Assembly (NCBI RefSeq): GCF_009914755.1
Contig: NC_060926.1
DNA length: 64,000 nt
Strand: one strand, 5' to 3'
DNA from: the human T2T-CHM13v2.0 reference genome, Homo sapiens
Position numbers and translations under genes: made by a program. The notes under the pieces were generated by a model that saw only the letters and a list, made by a program, of their open reading frames with translations, was not told the origin of the DNA and searched no databases. Below, one piece after another: positions 1 through 13,960 of the stretch. Position 1 is the stretch's first letter; every line of letters starts with the position of its first letter.

Positions 1-839
1 AAATTTTAATTTTTTCTTAAAATCTTAATTATATTTATGCATTAAAAGTAAATAAGAACTTCTTTATAAATTAAACACATCATGGAGAAAAATATATCAA
101 TAATATACAGTAGATTTCAAAAAACTGAAAAAAGCTATTTAAATAAATTTTGAGAAAAATCATTAATGTATAACATATATATTCATGCATTTATATATTT
201 ATTATGTATTAACCATATCTAGATACGGTGCCAAGATTTTTACATAGTTATCATAAGGATTTTCATACTTTATAACTCTCAATATTTTTTGATGGTAGAG
301 TTAAAAAAACTATTTGCTTTGGATTTAATTTTCATAAAAACTGTTAACATTATCTGTGAAAAATTTCATGTTCCATAAAAAATGGATAAATTTCCAGATT
401 TAGAATAAGGAGGAACTTAGAGATCTTCTATACCTGTTATAGACCCTCAAATTTGTTAATAAAAAACTGAAGTCCAGAGAGTTTAATTTGCTTGACTACC
501 AAGCATTTTGTTACTTATTTTATCATTTATTTACATAAAGGACTTCAATACAACTATAATGCAACTAGTAGTGGAAGTAGTACTCAAACCATTGTGTCTC
601 AACTCCCAGGCCAATGCTCTGTCCGACATTTTACATGGTATTTTATTCATTTTAAAAAATCTTCATTTTGAGATAATTTCAGACTAATACAAGAGTTTAA
701 AAAGTAATACAGTGTTCCCATATACCTTTCATTCAACTTCCTGTAATGTTACGTCATACCCATATTAAATTAATAGAATTAAGGGAAAACATTAATATAA
801 TATAATACTAGCGCTGAACTACAGACTTAAAAATATCAG

Positions 840-1072
840 AGTAGGCAAAAAGATAGATACAACAAATAGATTAGTTGCCAGGGCTGGCGGGAGGGGAGAG
901 TGGTGAGTGACAGCTTGGTATGTATGGGGTGTCCTTTTGCAATGATGAAAATGTTTTGGAAGTAGAGAGAGATAATTGTTGCACAACATTGTAAATGCAC
1001 TCAATGCCATTTGCGTGTACCCTTTAAAATGGCCAATTGTATGTTGTGTGAATTTTTCTTCAATTAAAAAAA
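840..1072 (+). mobile_element. L1MB-type LINE-1 3' end fragment
   Basis: Typical L1MB 3'UTR motifs (gttgccagggctgg...gatgaaaatgttttggaa...gcacaacattgtaaatgcactcaatgcca) ending in caattaaaaaaa. Confidence 0.75.
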
Positions 1073-1084
1073 TGATGGAGGGGG

Positions 1085-1600
1085 TTGTTGCAATAGGCTT
1101 TTACAGTAGTTTAGATGAGAGACATTGATAGCTTAGACTCCCCTGGGAGGAGTGAAGGTAAATAAATTGAAGAATTGAGGGCTGTTTAGGAAAGAAAATT
1201 GTGATAATTGGTGATGGCTTAGGTATGGTAGTACAGAAAAACATGGGTTTAAAAACATGGAGTGAGTGATTTCTTCTGAATAGATTTTGGTGGCTTTATT
1301 GATATTAGCATCATCAATGGAAAATCAAGTTAACAGACAAATACTGTGGGTCTGGGTTTGGACAGTTGGTTTTGAGGAGTTTTTGACACATCTAGGCAGA
1401 AGTAATGAATAGCTAGGTGAATATAGAGGTCTGGTGTTCAAGGGAGTCACTGGTATAGTTGGAGATTTCTAGCAATATTCAGTGAAGTTAGGGACACTGA
1501 GCTCATTGATTGGTTTAGTAAAAGATGTTTTTTCTTTGTCTTCATGTGAGAGGAGGGGTGACTGGACTAGATTGAGGAGTGAAAAAGAGTTGATAATTCA
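1085..1600 (-). mobile_element. L2 LINE fragment, highly diverged
   Basis: Purine-rich run resembling antisense L2 (tagatgagagacattgatagcttagact...ttttgaggag...gacacatctaggcagaag...gaatatagaggtctgg). Confidence 0.6.
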
Positions 1601-1758
1601 AACATTATAGTATGAATATTTCTTAGATTCACATGCTACTAGCTACCTTCTTCTGGACAATCTGCTACCACTTTGAACATAGTTCTAGGAATACATGTAT
1701 CAGAGGAAAAAAAAAAGATGGATTGTTGATTTGTTTACCTTGATATACTGTAAGTTAC

Positions 1759-2142
1759 TGATATGGTTTAGATTTGTGTCCCTACCCAAATCTCATCTTG
1801 AACTGTAAGCACCACGTGTCGGGGGAGGGGCCTGGTAGGAGGTGACTGAATCTTAGAGGTGGACTTCCTCGTGCTGTTCTCCTGCTACTGGGTGAGTTCT
1901 CAGGAGATCCAGTGGTCTGAAAGTGTGACACTTTCTCTCTCACTCTCTCTCTCTCCTGCTCTGCCATGGGAAGATGTGCCTTGGTTCCCCTTTGCCTTCC
2001 ACCATGATTGTAAGTTTCCTGAGGCCTCCCAGTTATGCTTCCCATTTAGCCTGCAGAACTATGAGTCAATTAAACCTCTTTTCTTCAAAAATTACCCAGT
2101 CTCAGGTAGTTCTTTATAGCAGTGTGAATATAGACAAATATA
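1759..2142 (+). mobile_element. MSTA-like MaLR solo LTR
   Basis: Starts tgatatggtttagatttgtgtccctacccaaatctcatcttgaa and ends attacccagtctcaggtagttctttatagcagtgtgaa...aatata; 5-bp TSD gttac/gttat. Confidence 0.9.
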
Positions 2143-3223
2143 GTTATTGAAGCACCTACTATATTAATCTATGCATTTTTGTATTGCCTCCACTTGCCCA
2201 ATGATTGGGATATAACAGACACTGACTTTTGGATGGATAATGATTATACATAATCAGTTATGTCTGATTATTATACATAATCTGTATACGTCTGATAATG
2301 CATTGAAAGTTCTCAGCCAGTCTTTTTCTCATGAGTATTTAAAACATCAAATGTGCATCTCTGAATTAGGCAAAATCCAAAATATCTCAGCTATAATTAT
2401 AATTAATAATGCTATTATAATATTCTGTAGTGACAAATACTATATCTATAGGCACGTCTGAGTTGATAAATAAGTAAATGTATGTAGAAAATTTCTTTGC
2501 CCTTGTGATGACTTACTGTATGAAACAAATTTATACCAAATTCCAATTTTTGCATTTCCCTAAAACAGTCTGATTACTCATTTTTCAGAGGACAAATGGC
2601 TGGTTAGAAATGAGAAGATTTAATATTGTTAATATTTTAGCTCTTTTGAAATTACTCTGCAGGTGCAATGTAATCTTAATCAAATCTCAAACTATAGTTT
2701 TGAAAATAGACAAACTATGATTTTCTTTCGTTGTATATTTTTAAATAGAAACATCTTTGTTGTTCTTTAGAATGATACACGATTGTTATAAAAGATTTGA
2801 ATTATGTAGAGAGAGACAGTGTTTCTCTGTAAATTATCTCTAATCATGATTCACAATGTACTCTAGTAACTTGGATACCAAGCTATTTCTAAAATAAATT
2901 ATATTTAACAGCCATAATAATTTATATGGTCCATGACCACGTGAGAACAGACAGGCACATCAATGAAAAAGCATAGTAAATTCTTTAAAGGACATTGTAC
3001 ACATATTTTTAAATGTTTTAAAATGTCATTTAAAATTGGTATTCAAGTAATGAATAATTCAAAAATGATGCTGGAACACCCATTGTTTAGCAGAAAAATG
3101 ACTGATTTTGCCAGATGTGTATTTCATATTTAAGCTAAAATAAACAAAATGTAGTTTATTTTTAAAATAAAAGTATAAAAGCAGTAAATGAAAATATAAT
3201 GAATATTTCTGTTACAGTCTTGA

Positions 3224-3562
<339 letters not shown>

Positions 3563-4923
3563 TAAAGCATATCAGTAAAAGCAGAAACCATGAAGGAAAT
3601 AGCTGATGGGCTTTATAGTTTAGTGTTTGTGATTTTTTAAAGTAAATAAATAAAACAGCCAAACTGAAAAATAATGAAAAATTAAGCAAAATATTGCTAC
3701 ATATGTAAAATAAGAAAGTTTGTTACCCTTTACATATCAAAATTATAAATCAATAATAAAATTCCTCTTGAGTATAATTTTAAAAATTACCTTAAAAACC
3801 CATATCCTTAAGGTAATAAGTACCTAATAATTCAACTTACAGATATTTTTTCTAAAGAAATTATTAGATAAGCAGAAGAAGACATAGAACAAGTATTTCC
3901 ATCATAATGCTGTTAAAGTAGCCAGGTAAAATTGGAATCAGCATAAATGTCCAAATGGTAGATTACATGAATTATTACATAATCATAAGAAAGTGAGAAA
4001 ATATAAAATCATAGTATAAATATAAATTTATATATGCAAAGACAGATATCATTTATATTAACAGTAGAATTCAAAATATGTCCTGTATGTTCACGTATGT
4101 GTGTGTTTACAGATGTACAAAAATAAATGAAATGTATAGACCAATACTGACTATTAAATATGTGCCTATATTTATATAGATATACAAAAATAAATGAAGA
4201 TGTATAGGTCAATACTAAGAACTAAAGGTGTACATATATTGATATGTGCCAGTGTGTGTGTGTACATATATATACACACACACACATATGAATATATATA
4301 AAGCAATAGCCCAATATCATAAATTAGAATGTTATATATGCTTATGTCTGAGTGATAAGTTTAGAAGTGATATTTCCATTACTTTTATATTTATAGAACA
4401 CTTGTTAGTCTGTTTGTAAGTTAATTTGTAATTATTCAGCATTGAAAGTGTGATGTATATGCCTTTGTTAAATTTTACAGTTAGTTACCTAAATCAACAT
4501 TACACACTTCAGGGATAATGAGTTAGTATTTTTAAACTCCCAAGAAGAAGCCAACATTCTTGAAGCAGCTTCTGCAAAAAATTTCAGCTGTCTTTAACTG
4601 TGAACCACACTACAGATGTAATATAAGAAATAATAATGACTATTTTGGTAAAATAGATGCTTTCAGGAGAAGAAGTTATGTCTTATCATAAAAGAAAGTT
4701 AGAAAAATCTATGCCCTTTAGAAGGTGAATTCATCTTGATATCAAAATCAGAAAAATATTGGTTGAGAAGAGAAAATTTCCAGGCATTTTCATTAATGAA
4801 TATACATACAAAGATTATAAAAATAATATTGGGAAACTGAATTTTTAAATGTGTGGCCACATATTATTTATATGAGAAAGGCAAGGAAGATTTAACACTA
4901 AATAAAATACATTAAAAATCATG

Positions 4924-5245
<322 letters not shown>

Positions 5246-5699
5246 TTAAATGTCAAAAATTTAATAATATGAATATATGCATATATGTAAGTGTGTGAGT
5301 ATACAGGGAAAAAACATTTTTCTAAATGTTTTTTAGAAAAATCACTATATGTATATAGCACCGTCAGTAAACGTATGAGCTTAGAAATATCATCCTTATT
5401 ATGGGAAACAGGAATCTAATCCTTCTGTCTTTACAGTATGTCTGGAAGAAAAAACTAAAAAGTCTCTGCTGGAAAAGTGTAACCAAAACTCACACAGACT
5501 TCAGACTTCAGTATTGTCCAAAAAAGTGTAAGAATAGATCTATTTTTAAATGATCCTGGGTTGTTAGGGTCCACAGACATCTTTATAAGGCAAAATGAAT
5601 AGTTTTCAGGAAGAAGACAACTTAAAGATGGCCATAAATGAATAAATTTAGACCTAAATATAAAAAAATCAGGAAACACATAAGTAAGAAGTCATAAGC

Positions 5700-6540
5700 A
5701 AGATAATAAGTAGAGAAAAAAACAGTGATTTTAAATTCCATCAGATTTTTAAATTACTGGATTCAAATGATGAGTAAAGAATTATAAGAAAAGATCAAAA
5801 GAATCAGCAAGGATCTAGATACTATCAAAAATGACAAATTAGATTTTAAATGAAACTCACAACAAATTTAAATCTTAGAAATGAAAGGAGAAAAATTACA
5901 GAAATGTGAAACTCCAATGAGGAGTTAAGCAGCAAATTATACATAGCTGAAAAGAAAATTTGTAGCCTGGGAAATATACCTGAAAAAATTTCACAAACTG
6001 TAGCACAGAAAGACAGACAAGGGTAACATGGGAGAGGGCTAATGCATAATTGAAATTTCAGAAGTGGTAATTGAGACAAAAGATGAAAAACCAAAGAGAT
6101 AGAAAACAATTCTAGACTCAGTGAACTCAGTGAATCACTAGTAGACACAATGTAGAAAAGATTTCTTTTAAAAACCCAAACAAACAAACAAAAATCATGA
6201 TAACTATGGTTAAATTATTTGGTTGTCCTGGTTTTATTTGAGATGACAGTAAATATGTCATTAACATATCTCACCACAAGAAAGAAACAAAGTCCAGGTG
6301 TTTTCACAGGTTGGCTCCATCAAATATTAATGGTAAATTATATTAATTATAAATTAATTCCATTCTTACAGAAACCACTTAGAAGTAAAATGAGTAAAAA
6401 GTAATGAACAAAAATAATTCCACAAATTATTCTGTGAAGATTGTAAGAAATTTGATATCAAACTTAGATGTGGACCATATAATAAATAAAATTTAGAGAC
6501 TACTTTCATAGACATGGACGCAAAACTCTTAAAAAAAAGG
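5700..6540 (+). mobile_element. Ancient L1M fragments (ORF1-like, then ORF2-like)
   Basis: A-rich degenerate L1 motifs (gagttaagcagcaaattatacatagctgaaaagaaaatt; aagtccaggtgttttcacagg; catggacgcaaaactctt). Confidence 0.55.
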
Positions 6541-7079
6541 TATAGTCTATTATATACTGCCCTTATATAAAATTATCCCAATAGAATGCCTATGATTTTT
6601 TAATCCTTTAATTTCACAGAATGTACATTTTTCAGCACAATGTTTCATGGTCTGTGTTTATATAAGATAGTAAACAATGTTCCCCCAAATTAATACAAAA
6701 TTTTGAACAACACCTATGTATTAATGTATTTGAGCTATATTCCAAACACAATTACTAGTCCTACAGAATGGTATGTAGAAGTTTTTAAAAGTCTCTCATA
6801 TGTCAACAAAGGTGACACAGATGTCACGTACCCTTGGTGCTAAGATAGCATCAGAGTATCATCCTTATTGTGAGTTAATTCCCAGTCATGGATTCTTCTC
6901 TTGCATGTTTCTATAATTCATTTTATAATTAGTACTTATTTTTGCCAATTTCTGTAGACTAAAATAACAAGAAAACGTAAAAGAAATTTTTGGGAAAAAA
7001 AAAGTAAAGGAGGTGTTAAAAGTGATATAATTAAAAAAAGATAGTCCTATATACAAAGTGAGCATATACTTATAATACA

Positions 7080-7375
7080 CCAGACTGAATCAACCCAACC
7101 TATCAGATTTCATCTCAGTGTAGTGGGCAGTTCCAAGCTCTTGGAAGCATCACACAAATATGTATGTGCTGCTCTGGTCTGTGTTCTCCAAAGCCACAAT
7201 AGGCTTCTCAGCCATGAGCAATACAACACAAAATTATGGGGGAGTTAATCCCCAGGGGAGTAACTTACAACAGGAAATTCACCCTCCAAACCCATCCGAA
7301 TCTGTGAATAAATAAAATATGCCAGGCTCCCCATCCTCAAGAGGAGCAATTCTGAGGAAGAACTCAAATAAAGAC
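7080..7375. mobile_element. LTR16-like ERVL LTR fragment
   Basis: Motifs ggagttaatccccagggg and ccaggctccccatcctc...gcaattctgagg recall the LTR16 family. Confidence 0.4.
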
Positions 7376-8073
7376 ACAAAGAAATATCTTCTTAATATCC
7401 ATTCAATTGTTTGGTTATCAACAAATAGTTTTTAAAGATATTTTTATACCCTAAATTGAGAGGGTATTTTTTAAATAAAGAGAGTTTTATTCTACATTAT
7501 TATAATAAGGAAAAGGGTTGTGGGTTTGGGGCTAAAATATTATGCATTATAATTTTGCATTTATAACAAGACTAAATAATACCCCAGGAAATGCTGTTAT
7601 GAAGACAAACTGACATTTGGAAAAAGGTTCTGGTGGTATGCAGAGGTTATTTATGTTAAAAAAAAGAATTAAGCAACGTATACAATGGATAACATAATTA
7701 CTAATAAACATTTATTACAGAAATGCAATTTTTGTTCTATCATTAGGAAACGTATTAATGTAACTCTTCCATTAACAAATTAAAAAGCAAACAATTTTAA
7801 CATTTCAATACATGCCAAAAAGGCACTGAATAAAATTCAACACACATAATTTTTTTAACACTAAAGAGGTAGAAAATAAAAATATAGTAACTAGATTATC
7901 TGATGTATGTAAAAAAATTTCTAAAATATTCTAGGGATAAATTATTATGAGGAGTAGATTTTGGCAAAGTTTCTTAACAAAAAGTTTGTTAACGAGAGTT
8001 GATTTCAGATCTACACATTTTAACCGAAAGTAAGAATATGTAATCTGAAACCATATATTTTCGATAGTGACGG

Positions 8074-8447
8074 AAATATAGGGTACCTAATAGTACACCA
8101 ATATTAGGTACTTAATATTGCTGTAAGATTAGTAATATTAGGTACCCTATATTTAGTAATATTAACTAATATTAGTTAATATTACCTAATACTTATTAAT
8201 ATTACTATTAGGTTCACTAATGTTACACTAATATTAGGTACCTAATATTACACTAATATTATGCTAATATTAGGTACCTAATATTACACTAATATTAGAT
8301 TATACATTATGTATCAATTAATTATGATTAATTTGTAATTATGATTAATTATGATAACATGTTATGTATCAATTAATACATTATGTATCAATGTATTACA
8401 TACATTAGGTATAATGTAATACATTAATATTAGGTACCTAATATTAA
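8074..8447. repeat. Cluster of nested AT-rich palindromes (core TAATATTAGGTACCTAATATTA)
   Basis: Perfect palindromes at 8156-8185 (30 bp), 8229-8250, 8265-8286 and 8424-8447; 19-bp inverted repeat at 8074-8092/8136-8154. Confidence 0.95.
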
Positions 8448-9508
8448 CAAGCTACATAAAGTTTCTTTAGGAATTATGTCTAAAATTGCCCATATTTTTG
8501 AATAGTATATCTTAGGGTTGTAAAGGTGCCTATTCTCTCTAAATCTACAGACTCAATGTAGTGCTAATAAAAGTTACAAAATTGTAAAATATGGAAAATT
8601 ATAAAAACTACTGAAATGGAAAGATATGAAATGCTCATGGGAGGAAATCCCAATATCAAAATATTCTAATGTGTCTCTAGGCCCACCTATACATTTGCTG
8701 TAAATGTGTCAAAATAGCAAAATAGAACTAATTAAATTAATCCTGAATCCAAAAGAATTGTGTAAATAGCCAACACAGATCATTTTGAATGAGAACAAGG
8801 AACGTTTACATTCCACAGGTATCTGTTCTTTATCTGTTCAATTTTTTCTTTCTTCACTAATAGCTTGGTTGAGGACTTTACACAGTGACATATTGTCAAA
8901 TTCACCTCTGGTGTATAGTTATGATTGTTAGGTCATATGCTATGCCACAGAGCCCAGATCCAAAATTCTTCTGACGGGCTTGAACAAGAGGTTATGTTTC
9001 GTTGAAATGTAACATGGAAAATGAAAAATTATACATCTGAGTCTAAAAATCCTATGCAAAATTGTGCAATAGGGCAATTTGATGACTATGCCAGTGTCTC
9101 TAACTTTACAGGTTGGAAGCCGACTTAAAGGTCATTTGAAATGTCATTTCTCATCATCCTGCACACAGTTCTCCATACTGAGTTCCTTGGGAGGCAAGAC
9201 GCAATAAAAGTTCCAGTCAGTTACACAAGTCTGATTCCTGATTTTTGCGACTTTTTCTGTCCTATGTAACTGAAACATACAACTTCGATTAAAAAAAAAG
9301 TGTCTAATTTTACTCTCTCCAAAATGAGAACTCAGCATCATCCGAAGACCCTGCTTTCTTTAAATTCTGCCATGCACAGCTCCCTTCTCAAGCAGCTAGT
9401 GAGACAGAGGTCCAAGGTAGAAAGAGAAAGGGTGAAAAAAAAATAGAGTGGAAAACAGGAAAAAAAAGCCCAGATAGACCCAAAGATCCCTTGGACTTAA
9501 TCAGATAA

Positions 9509-9959
<451 letters not shown>

Positions 9960-11074
9960 CCTAAATGCATTTTCTCCACATATCCTTCAGTTTATGGTAC
10001 CTTTATTTCCTTTGCTTTTGAGTCTGTGCTGCAACATTTCTACTTGTGTGTTGTGAAAAGAGAAGAGGGAGGCCTGCCTCCTTGACCCAGAACAACAGTG
10101 AGGTCTGATTGTTCAACTTCGCTAGACAACAAATTATTTGCTAGCATACAGGGGCTAGCTAAACATTCATTTCTTTTATTTGGGAGGATTTTTAATTAGA
10201 TGAGATTGCTAATAACATTAATTTTTAGAATAATATTTACTAGTCATTCACATATAACCATTCATAGTGGTTTCTCAGATATCCACAAAATTGGGATTTT
10301 CAGCTTAGGATGTGGCTTTGAAACTGATAATTTTTGGTTTGCAACAGCACAAAATATTCCTGTGTCTTCAATTCAGTAATTGCGAAGGAGTTCTGTTGCT
10401 ATAAATTAAAGATTCTGTTATCTTCCCCACAACGTGAGCACTAAACTTCTGGCTTGGTGATGCTTCATGCTGTTTATTAGGCACTGCTTTAGAAACGCAG
10501 ATAAACGCAAGGAGGTTATCATATTTAGCAAAATATAATTCACTCCCACCTTATTATAATTTCATTCAATTCAATTGCTTTAGACTTAGATGAGACTGTT
10601 TAAAATTTCAATAAAGAATGCTCAAGCAATGGGAAGAACCAAAGCATTTGCAAGGAAAACCTTGCCTTACCTTTCCAAACTTCCAAACAAAACTCAGAAA
10701 GTGGGTGGCCCTTAGTATGCATCAGATATAGCTAGTCCCACTGCTTTATGTTTTGATAACAAACTGGATATAGGAGCTCATCAATCTCACATTAATAATG
10801 GTAATTCTGTAAATGTATGGGCATGACAAGCACACACCTGCAACTCTCACAGTGTAAGTCCGCTGGTATTCTAAATTCACTCAGTGCCTACTTGGGGTTA
10901 CTTACATACAAGTCAGTAAATAGGATTGAACAATTCATTTCTGTGCCTTTTTAAGCTCTAATTCCACACGCCTGGACACTATTATTAGAAAAGTGGCATG
11001 TCTAGAAGCCATTACCTAAATTCTAAATAGAGATGACTATATTATTATTTAATATTAAACTTTATTCTTTTAGG

Positions 11075-11290
11075 AGCCACGTAGCCCTGGATTTCCATCT
11101 TGACCTCAATTTGTCAAGGTTTTTCATTTTGAGAATTTAACATAACCTCTGTATGCCTTTATTAACTCAACTATAAAATTTCAAAAGTAGTATATAGTTC
11201 ACCAGCATTGAGATGAGGATTAGATAAAATTATGTACCTCGAGTTCAAAGCACAGTATCTGCTACAAAAAACACTCTTAATACGGATTCA
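11075..11290 (+). mobile_element. MIR
   Basis: aacctctgtatgcc...aactataaaat...gatgaggattagataaaattatgta...aaagcacagt. Confidence 0.6.
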
Positions 11291-11877
11291 TTCCATTACA
11301 GACAGCATTGCTATAGAAAAAGGTCATTTGAAAAATATACATCTCTACAACTTTGGTAAACCTATAGAAGCAGAGAGTGATTTCTATTTTGCAACATCTA
11401 TTATAAACTGATTCTAGCATGAAATGAGCAGTAGTTTTCTTTCATTTTCTAGATAATAAAACCTTGCACGTTAATTCATCTCTCTGGTTGTGGTTGTGTT
11501 GGTTGTTATTTATTTATTTTTATTTTTCCATAGACAGCCAGGAATCTTAGAACCATAAAGTATGATAAATTGTATCAAATATATCATCTCAGATTCTTTG
11601 CAGCTTATTCTTCTCCTCCTTATCAAAAATCTTTTGTTCTTCCCTCTTTCTTGTGTTTATGTATTCATTTTTGTAAGTTACCTCAGATGGGTTTTATAAA
11701 ACTTAACATTAGGAAAAGTCTAACTTACAACCATCAAAACAAATTCACTCCCCCGTAGGGGTTGGAAGTCCCAATGGACAGAGATTGAGGAAACAACACT
11801 AGTATTTGTGGCTGACTAGATTAGGAGCTCCAACTGGGTAGACATGAATCTTTGCGTAGACATGAATCTTTGTTTAC

Positions 11878-12110
11878 AAGAGGCTACCCTCTGTATCTGT
11901 GAGTTTCACATCTGCAGATTCAGTCAATAGTGGACTGAAAATATCCACACAAAAAAAATTAAAATTAAAAATACAGTATAACAACTATTTACATAGCATA
12001 GTTTGTATGAAAACATTATACTCTTTTCTATAAGGGATTTGAGCACCTTTGGATTTTTTTTTTTAGGTTGGGGGCGGTCCTGGAACAAATGCCCCTTGTT
12101 TAGGGAGGGC
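11878..12110 (-). mobile_element. MER2 (TcMar-Tigger MITE), internally deleted
   Basis: ccctctgtatctgtgagtttcacatctgcagattca...aatacagtataacaactatttacatagcat...agggatttgagcacc...ggtcctggaacaaat. Confidence 0.8.
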
Positions 12111-12515
12111 CATGAGTCCTGCTCTCTGCAGCTCCCCAACCTGGAGGGAAAGTTTCCCCAGATTATGCCAAAGCTAGTTTCCTTAATAGTTTGGTCAGCT
12201 ACATCAAACTAGTCCTCAGCCTATAGGTTTCACGTTTTTACTAGCCTGAGAAATTATTCAAACAAAGCAATCACATTCTCCTGTAGAAACCAAGGGTTAC
12301 CTCACCCTCTTGTCGCTACAATGCCTCCCTCTAATAATATCTTCGGGTTCTCTCTGCTTCTGAGTGTCCTACTGCATTGTTCTGCATGGCATGCAGTCGG
12401 CTTCCCTGAGGCTGTGATATGTGACTAGCAAAGTGCTGTTAATTGCATACGTCCAGAGTCAGGTGCCATGGATTTGGCCATCCTGTTCTTTAGGGCTGGG
12501 GTTCCTCCTTCATCA
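12110..12515 (+). mobile_element. MER74/MER54-group ERVL LTR (3' part)
   Basis: gaaattattcaaacaaagcaatcacattctcc...acctcaccctcttgtcgctacaa...ggctgtgatatgtgactagcaaagtgctg...tggccatcc. Confidence 0.6.
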
Positions 12516-13434
12516 GCGAAATGAAGGGAGGCCGTCAAAGGAGTCACAAGTGATGGTAGGTTGGATTAGGTAAAAAATGAAGAAAGGGAAGAAAGAAATT
12601 GGCTGATATCCCTGATGTAGCATTTTTAGATCCTCTCTCAAACAAATATTATTGGTGTTGGAGAGACCAGTTCTTGGTGTCTTTATTATTTCCTCTACTG
12701 GCTTGGAAGTTAAGGTTTGCACTTTTATTATTTTAATGATCTCTGTTAAGTTTCAACTCACATAAGGACATATCATTACCTAGATTTTATTCCCATTTTC
12801 TGGAAAAAATTAAAATGCTTTATGGCCATTTTATAGAGTTTATCTTAAAAAGTGTGATCTCTATATGACCTATATATTGTTTCACATATGCAATACAGTT
12901 TATGAATATGTTTTGCCTAATGAATATGTAATTATACAGTTATGATTTGTTATTGTTATTTTATAAATGTATTATTTTCTCCTCTTCTTTTCCCTTGTCT
13001 TTCTGATTTCATGGGGGTGTCGAGTTGTCTGCCACCTGCACAGTCATTGAATTCTGGGCCACATCTCCCTGTTTCCTATTCCAGAGCTGAGCTGACTGAT
13101 GATTTGGTGCCCACTTTCCAAGGAAAGTATCTGTTATGTTTCTTGACATGAGAGATATAATTTTCTTATTTATATTATCTTAATCATAGCTTTATCTTTA
13201 TCATAGCTTATCTTTATTGTAGCTTTCTTGCTTTATTATCTCAATTTACTGTATATTCTATAATATCCACTTCTGGATAAAATATAATAGAAGTTTTGGG
13301 TTTTGTTGGTTTCTGAGGCTAGAAGACTGATCCTGTCATAACTAACAATGCCATCTGAAGAGGAAATCAGCACTGAATTAAGAGAATTTTGCGATAATCT
13401 TTATTGGAATATTTTGTGTCCCACCCCTAGTTAA

Positions 13435-13960
13435 GGATCAAATCATTCACGTAACAAATGTCTATGTAACACATCTTATGTGCCAACTCAAGTGTTGGGG
13501 AGAATACAGAGAAACCCCAAAATATGATTAGTACTTAGTTCCATGCTCCAAATATCCCATAATCTGCCTGAGAAATAGGTACGTTAATGTGTCATTATAT
13601 TGGACCATAATGGGTTTAATAATACTGTCACATACTGAATGTTATTTGTGTGTTTTGAGAAGGCAAGTGGAAGCTATTATCTCTATCTTGCTGGGGAATG
13701 GTTGAAAAGTTTCATAGTGAAGTTGACCTTTAAACTGGTCCTTGAAGTGTTAATAAGATGTAGCCAGGAGGAGAATAAAAATAAAGGAATGCTAAAAGGA
13801 AGGAAAGGCCACAAGTATGAGAGTGCATTCACTCATTCGCCAATTAATTGATTGGTTCATTGACACAATAAGCATTAATTGATAACTTACTTTGGGGTAA
13901 ATGTTGTGCAATGTGTCTAAGTGAGAGACAGCCCTGGCTGCCAGATATGCCACACATAAT
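13435..13960 (-). mobile_element. L2 3'-end fragments (two)
   Basis: cattcacgtaacaaatg...tatgtgcca and cattcactcattc...cattaattga, plus gttgacctttaaactggtccttgaag. Confidence 0.6.

Noticed and set aside
8074-8447. Repeated palindromes as CRISPR repeats or a MITE
   Set aside because: Spacing is irregular, the intervening DNA is built from the same motifs, and no terminal inverted repeats with a TSD enclose the block.
9097-9210. Acceptor (ctaactttacag) followed by AATAAA as a terminal exon
   Set aside because: Both motifs are common by chance in AT-rich DNA, and there is no other support.
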